Source: Podarcis muralis (lineage: Eukaryota). Taken from it: a stretch of DNA of 64,000 nt. Position 1 is the first letter of the stretch; every line of letters begins with the position of its first letter. Both the position numbers and the translations under genes were made by a program. The DNA is taken from NCBI RefSeq assembly GCF_964188315.1, contig NC_135655.1, positions 78,926,001-78,990,000 of the forward strand, read 5' to 3'. A model generated the notes under the pieces. The model had not been told where the DNA came from, ran no database searches, and was given only the letters and a program-made list of their open reading frames with translations. Of this stretch, positions 51,767 to 64,000 are shown one piece after another.

Positions 51767-52247
51767 CAAAACACGTTTCTCAGCTGAAGATATGGAATAT
51801 ACAAAATACTTTTTATGTGAGTTATTGCAACAAACAAGTTCCATGAAATAATTCTGGATCAGGAACACAAGTAGCTTTTTTACACAAATACATATATATA
51901 TTTAATATATATTGGATCCTACTTTATGAAGAATGACACCGTTAATTTTATACTAGTTGTCAGAATGCCGACATGCATTTAGATATGTATTCCATGGGCT
52001 CAAAGAGTAGGGCAAGTGTGAGCTGCGCTTTGTCTTCCTCACAAGAGGGGCTTATGGCATATCCCTTCATCAGAGGACAGAACTTCAGTCTTGAATGGTA
52101 ATCAGTTTCTGAATATTTTAAATGGTCCTTTAGCTCTGGTATTTGTAAAAAAATGCAGTTAAACAGCTGGTGGTTAACTGTTAAAATGTGGAGGAACATG
52201 ATATAGAAATATCAGTAGAAAAATCATTTTCTGTACAAGGGATGAAT

Positions 52248-58322
<6,075 letters not shown>

Positions 58323-59142
58323 CTATTCGAAAGCCTAAGAAATGAAGAACACAGAGCGAATTTGTGTAAAGGTTAGGTTGGATACATCCTCCTGGGGGGA
58401 AACTTGGGGTAACTCTATTGTACCCTGCACTGAGCTGGCAGGATCTATAGCTAGCTATTAACATGACTGTTACCAATTCAGTAGAGTCTCATTGTATTAT
58501 CTGGGTTGTATTGGAGATAGAAGTGCGAAGAATGGAAGAATTAGGCCTCTCCTGCATAAGAAGTGCCTACTGGATCATGCCAGCTGCTGATCTGGTCCAG
58601 CATCCTGTTCTCACAGTGGCCACCATTTATTGTGGGAAGGGGCTCTTCATGCATCCAAGATCTTTTGTAGCTTCCACATGGCATAGTTGTCGTCATCAAA
58701 ATACCAGCCTGTATTTCTCCCTCTGTTTAATCTGGATTTACCTTTCCTGGGAGAAACCCAGTAAATAAATAAATAGAAAACCTTGTGTTGCTGATTACCA
58801 GTTTGCACTATCTAAGTGATCCGTTTACAGTATTAAACCCCTGCCCAGAATCAGCCACCAACTTCCAAAAGAGTCAGGTAACTAACTACACAGCACATGA
58901 AACAGAGGAAAAAACGAATATAAACTAAAACAATTCTTAAATGGCCACTGAGTGCTAATTCACCTTCTTTTGCCCTTGGAGATTTAACTGATGTGGGCAA
59001 CAGTGTTTTCTGCAGGATATTTCCTTGCTGTCTGTCAACAGGGCTGTGGACAGTTTAAGGAGAAGATGGAATTCTGAACAGGCAGAACCCATCTCCGTTT
59101 GCAGGGATTTATCCTCCCCTTCATGTGAAGAACCTTCATGAA

Positions 59143-59156
59143 ATTGCCATAGAAAC
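59143..59156. promoter_or_regulatory. Candidate RFX X-box upstream of ODF3
   Basis: ATTGCCATAGAAAC, 13/14 match to GTTNCCATRGNAAC, about 830 bp upstream of the ODF3 ATG. Confidence 0.4.
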
Positions 59157-59531
59157 AGACAATTGCCCTTCATAGTACTTCTGGGTGTTCTAGAACACCA
59201 GGTATGACTCTTAAGAAAGCCTGGGCTGTGTGTGTGTGTGTCATGATGAGAATTAGAGTCAAATCACATAGCCTGTGGAAGATCCTTGGCTGGATCTCCA
59301 AATATATTTTTCTTTTGCTAAAAGCAACCGGGGATTTTGACTGGCACACTGCATAGGAGAAGGAAGGGAATTAATTTGCTCCTCTCCCATGCCAGCTACT
59401 CTAAGCAAGTTGTCTCTAATGATGCAGGCAGCCTTGTAAGTTAAAATTTCAGGTATGAAAATCTCTGAGAATGAATAGAATATCGGAAAATAGTGCACAT
59501 TGAAAATACACAATCCTAATACAGGCATACC

Positions 59532-60324
59532 TGTCAGGGAGCCATAAATCAGCAATAAATCACACAGAGTACGTAGCGTTTACTCTTTATTTGAAGAAGC
59601 AAGGCCTGCTCAGGGGAGCCAGGCCTAATGAGCACAGCAACTCTTCTCAGTAGGTCTTGCCCCTATGAGGCAGTTGTGGAGGCTGAAGGTCCCTGCCTTC
59701 CCACAGCTGTCTGAATCTCATCCTCCCCCCGGGTCCTTCCCAAGCAATCTGAAACTATGCTGGCACGCCTGTCTCTGCTCCTCTGTCTTCAGACCTCTTC
59801 TGGTCCTGGGAGACTGTGGGGAGGAGAGCTTGTTGCAGCAGGAGAGGGGGACACCTGCGTTTCTTCACCAGCCTGACTCATCTCTGCCTCTTGGCCTCCC
59901 TCCTCTCCTGCTTCAGATTCTGATTTTGGACTTCCCTCTGCCACAGCCTCTTCCTGAACAATAAACCATGTTACCTCTTCAGCTTCCGACACCCACTGGC
60001 AGAGGAAGGGGGTGGTGACATCGCCCTCCGCCCCCCCCCCCGGGACACTCACCGTGGGCGGCGCCCCCTGGGATGCTTGCCTCGCCCCCAGAACTGGCTA
60101 GCCCTGCCCCCACAGCCAGCTAGCCCCACCCCCAGGTGCACAGCTGGGTGCCGGAGCAGCTACCTCCGCCTCTGCCAACACCTCCTCCTCCCAGTCTGCT
60201 CTCTCTTCTCCCTCTGACCACTCATCATCATCCCACCACCAATCCCCAGGCTCTGAGCTTTCTTCCCTTGGGGGTTCCCCAGCTGGTGCCTCCCACCATT
60301 CCCGTGTCCAGCCAGTCTGCGACA
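59532..60324 (-). mobile_element. Solo LTR (793 bp)
   Basis: Termini TGTCA...CGACA (TG..CA), perfect 5-bp TSD ATACC (59527-59531, 60325-60329), minus-strand AATAAA at 59586-59591 near its 3' end. Confidence 0.85.
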
Positions 60325-60329
60325 ATACC

Positions 60330-60420
60330 CCAGAGATCTTGTGGGTTCAGTTCTAGACCACAGCAATAAAGCGAATATCACAATAAAGCAAGCCACACAT
60401 TTTTTGTTCTTGTTTCCCAC
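60330..60420. mobile_element. Tigger1-like terminal fragment (first 10 bp at 59522-59531, split by the LTR)
   Basis: Reconstructed TA|CAGGCATACCCCAGAGATCTTGTGGGTTCAGTTCTAGACCACAGCAATAAAGCGAATATCACAATAAAGC resembles the recalled Tigger1 end. Confidence 0.7.
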
Positions 60421-60769
60421 TTTAAGTGGGGCCCCAGAACTCATGAGCAATTATGCCCCACGCAAAGTGAACATGATGGCATTGTTGACAAGCTTGCCTT
60501 TGTTTCCAGCAACTGCCTGTTGACCTGAAACCAGCCATGTTAGGATATTGGTTCCCCTTCATAATACTGATGGCTTTTGTTTCATTTCAGGTTCACATGT
60601 AGTCATCAAGCCAAAATCACTGTCTCTATCACTAGATTGCCCTACAGCTGCTCTGGATACATTGGAACATTGGATATGTGTCCAGGGCAGCTCTTTATCA
60701 GCTCTATCTGGTATGCAGGCTGAGACACTACCTGCCCGTGGACTGTCTCACCAAGAGTGATGCATATTA

Positions 60770-61328
60770 TCTCTCGCTTGGACTACTGTAATGCGCTCTA
60801 CGTGGGGCTACCTTTGAAGGTGACCTGGAAACTACAACTAATCCAGAATGCAGCAGCTAGACTGGTGACTGGGAGCGGCCGCCAAGACCACCGGTCTTGA
60901 AAGACCTACACTGGCTCCCTGTACGTTTCTGAGCACAATTCAAAGTGTTGGTGCTGGCCTTTAAAGCCCTAAACAGCCTCGGTCCAGTATACCTGAAGGA
61001 GCGTCTCCACCCCCATCATTCAGCCCGGACACTGAGGTCCAGCACCGAGGGCCTTCTGGCGGTTCCTTCGCTGCGAGAAGCCAAGGTGCAGGGAACCAGG
61101 CAGAGGGCCTTTTCGGTAGTGGCACCCGCCCTATGGAACGCCCTCCCACCAGATGTCAAAGAGAAAAACAACTACCAGACTTTTAGAAGACAGCCCTGTT
61201 TACAGAAGCTTTTAATGTTTAATCGACTATTGTATTTTATTATATTCTGTTGGAAGCTGCCCAGAGTCGCTGGGGAAACCCAGCCACATGGGCGGGGTAT
61301 AAATAATAAATGATGATGATGATGATGA
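60770..61328 (+). mobile_element. L2-clade LINE 3' fragment
   Basis: [32 protein letters not shown]...FKVLVLAFKALNSLGPVYL...RAFSVVAPALWNALP; ends in an AATAATAAA(TGA)n tail. Confidence 0.9.
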
Positions 61329-62750
61329 TTGTGGAATGGATTCTATCACAAGTGCTGTCATTGATATGCAGAAATAAACTGATTGACTTTCAATCGCCTT
61401 CCACCTTTTGGCACAATAGGGAAATTGAGACAGTAGGGATCATTCTGCCTAACAGCTTTCTATCTAACCCCACCCCACTTTGCCACTTTCCCCCATGCTG
61501 AGGCACAAACAGAAGGCTTTCACCCCTGCATCCCTTTCCCACCAGCTGGGGATGCCAACTGGCTGGCTGCTCCTGTGCTTCAGAAACACCTTCAGGGTCT
61601 GATATTGAGTTACCTTCTGGTCCATCAGACGAGAGTCGAAAAAAACTTGCTGCTAATATTTATATGAGGCACTGATTTTTACAGTATTTTCCCATGAGAT
61701 TATTTTTCTTTCAATGAGATTATTTTTATCATAACTATGTTAATTAAACCTGTAAAATAACGACATTATTTAAACATGTAGAATTTTCACTAGTTTTTTT
61801 GCAGTTGATTTTCATGCGTTGGTTTTTTTGGCTGCTTCTGCTATTTGCAAACCAGCATTCATGGGTGGTGGTCAAGACATGCAGGTTCTTCATTATGGGT
61901 ACATATGGGAAGCCACAATTGGTCAAATAAAAATAAACAAACATGAAAAAACCTGCACCTGCAGTTGTCACCACAAATGCAATTTCCATGCATGTTCCAA
62001 ATCATTTCTCAAATTAAATTGAATGCTTTGATTCTGTATGTTCATGCAGACAATTTCTGTATTTTACAAGGTTTGAACTGAAGTTTACTTTCACGTATTG
62101 CAGACTTAAGACAGAGCCAAGATGGTGAAGGGACAGTGGTCAGAATTCACCTTTGTTACCTCCCCATGCTCCTGGAACTGGCAGAGTTACCCAGTCTCAC
62201 ACCAATTACCGTCTTTTTCCATATTGAATTACTTGTAGTGGATAAGCCTTTGTATTGCCTCAGTTACTTGCAAGATTGAAAGTGAAACTCCTTAAAAGTA
62301 TTATCAGCCATACAGCACTACATGTTACAGAGACCCAAATTGCTGCTGTAACTGCTGGAAAACACACAGAGATCGTTTGTAATTTACCTGAATGCAACAA
62401 GATAAGGAATTTTAATGAAACTTGAAGCTTGAATTATTCAGGAATATTATAAAGAGGTTTCTCATTGGTTTTGTACAGCATGATGAATATACTCTAAAGG
62501 AAGGATAGGGCTTGATCAGTGAAAGCAGAAAGAGAAAGGGGTGCATCATTCAGTGAGCAGTACTGGGCAACTGCTGCTGGCAGATGGCCTGCAATGTTAT
62601 TGAAGATTTCATTCGAATTGTCAGCACAGCTTCAGTATATCAGCCTGAAATTAAAAGGGCAGAAAAAAATTCAGCATAAAGTCCTCTCAACATAGCAATA
62701 TGGGATAAGTTCACATCTTCGCAGATTACCCTCACCATTGTTGTGTTAGT

Positions 62751-63666
62751 CTTTTATATATATATATTTTTCAATTTTTACAATTCGAAATAGACATTTT
62801 ACAAACTTATTGATATCCAATGACTTCCCCTCTTCTCTTTCCATGGTTCGTTTTACATATCTTCCATTCCTGCATATTTTACTATAACCATTCAAATCAA
62901 TTTTCCATTTTTACACCATTCAAACATTAATTACACTGTTGAATTTATCTTAACGCTGCCAGCGTTTTTGGGTTTGGGGACCAAAGCTCACAATTTAAAA
63001 AAGAACTATTACAAAACAAGGATAAACTCTTCTCGAGAATGTATAACTTTCTATTGCAATGGGAAACAAAAGACGGACTAGTGAAAGCTTCAGTGACCCA
63101 CTGGGCAATGGATATAGGACACAATATGGATTTAAACCTCTGGGAGAAACTCTGGAAAAGAGATTTGAAATTTACTGCATGTTACACTTTGAAAGAGAAC
63201 TATCTGAAAATGATTCATAGGTGCTACCCAACTCCGAGTAGGTTGGCTAAGATGTATAAAGTACGATCAGATATGTGTTGGAAATGTAAAGAAAAGGAGG
63301 GGACCATTTTTCATACGTGGTGGACATGTAAAAAGGTAAAAGAATATTGGGAAATGATTTATAACAAGTTGAAAAACATGTTTAAAATTACCTTCCCCAA
63401 AAGACCAGAGTCCTTTTAATTTGGAATAACCCAGACAGAAATTCCTAGGTGTCAGAAAATCTTGTTTATGTATGCAACAAGAGCAGCCCATGTTTTGTTA
63501 GCCAAAAAATGGAAAATGAGTGAGGTCCCAGATAAAGAGGATTGGCAACTTAAGATGTTAGAATATGCAGAACTTGCAGGTTTAACACATAGAACAAGAG
63601 AGCAAGAAGAACATATGTTTAAAGAAGAGTGGAGAACATTGACTGAGTATACGGAAAATCATTGTA
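62751..63666 (-). mobile_element. L1 LINE, 5'-truncated with 5' inversion
   Basis: 62970-63666 is plus-oriented ORF2 C-terminus (WEKLW...CWKCKEKEGTIFHTWWTC zinc knuckle); 62969-62751 is minus-oriented ORF2 end (KTLAALR-stop) plus 3' UTR; flanking 18-bp repeats 62733-62750 and 63667-63684 (16/18). Confidence 0.85.
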
Positions 63667-63721
63667 CACCACTGTTGTGGTAGTTTTGACCTAGTGCTAT
63701 TCGAGCACCATGCCTTGTGTC

Positions 63722-63881
63722 CAGTGGCAGAGCTTCATGCTCCCGCACTGGGGGGCAGAGAGCAGGCGGGGGCGGGGCTGGCCACCTGCGAGGGCGTGGT
63801 GCCCCGCGCTGGTGGGGGGGGGGGCAGCTGCGATGGCCGGGGCGGTGCGCTCTCCCCTCCACTCCTCTTCCTCCACTAGTG
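63722..63881. mobile_element. hAT-type MITE (CAGTGGCAGAG end)
   Basis: TSD CTTGTGTC/CTTATGTC; related to 30475. Confidence 0.7.
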
Positions 63882-64000
63882 CTTATGTCTACATGACGGA
63901 TGCTGGGATGGCCACACACCTGTTCACATGTTCCTTTACAAAAACTTGCTGATATTATATGTAACACAAGTGTGGTACCTAGGCTGGCCAGATACAAAAG

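Noticed and set aside
59789-60325. Acidic, Trp-rich minus-strand ORFs resembling a protein
   Set aside because: Inside the solo LTR; the first starts at a TTG straddling the LTR edge; purine-rich bias explains the composition; no gag/pol motifs.
63039-63683. Functional zinc-finger gene
   Set aside because: It is the L1 ORF2 C-terminal cysteine-rich region, with an in-frame stop at 63417-63419 and lacking RT and endonuclease domains.

Overview
Vertebrate (squamate, probably lacertid lizard, judged from the Sauria-type SINEs and transposon repertoire) genomic DNA with one 157-N assembly gap. Five intron-containing genes were rebuilt by hand from splice sites and recalled vertebrate orthologue proteins: PSMD13 (-, exons 1-8, runs off the left edge), SIRT3 (+), RIC8A (-), BET1L (+) and ODF3/CIMAP1A (-). 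This is the order and orientation of the human 11p15.5 cluster, with two head-to-head CpG-island promoters and two tail-to-tail junctions. The long GC-rich ORFs in the ORF track are artefacts of CpG islands and repeats. Introns carry many young transposons with readable TIRs and TSDs: hAT, Tc2-like, Tigger-like, Sauria SINE, CR1, L2, RTE, L1 and a solo LTR. Most notable: (1) an L1 with a 5' inversion (twin-priming structure) and an 18-bp TSD; (2) hairpin-unit tandem arrays with compensatory arm changes inside two unrelated DNA transposons; (3) two different hAT elements stacked on one 8-bp target; (4) a solo LTR inserted into the TIR of a Tigger1-like end; (5) back-to-back poly(A) signals between BET1L and ODF3; (6) an unresolved SIRT3 N-terminus with an in-frame TGA. 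I found no evidence for a wholly new protein-coding system. No database searches were run; family names rest on recalled consensus features.
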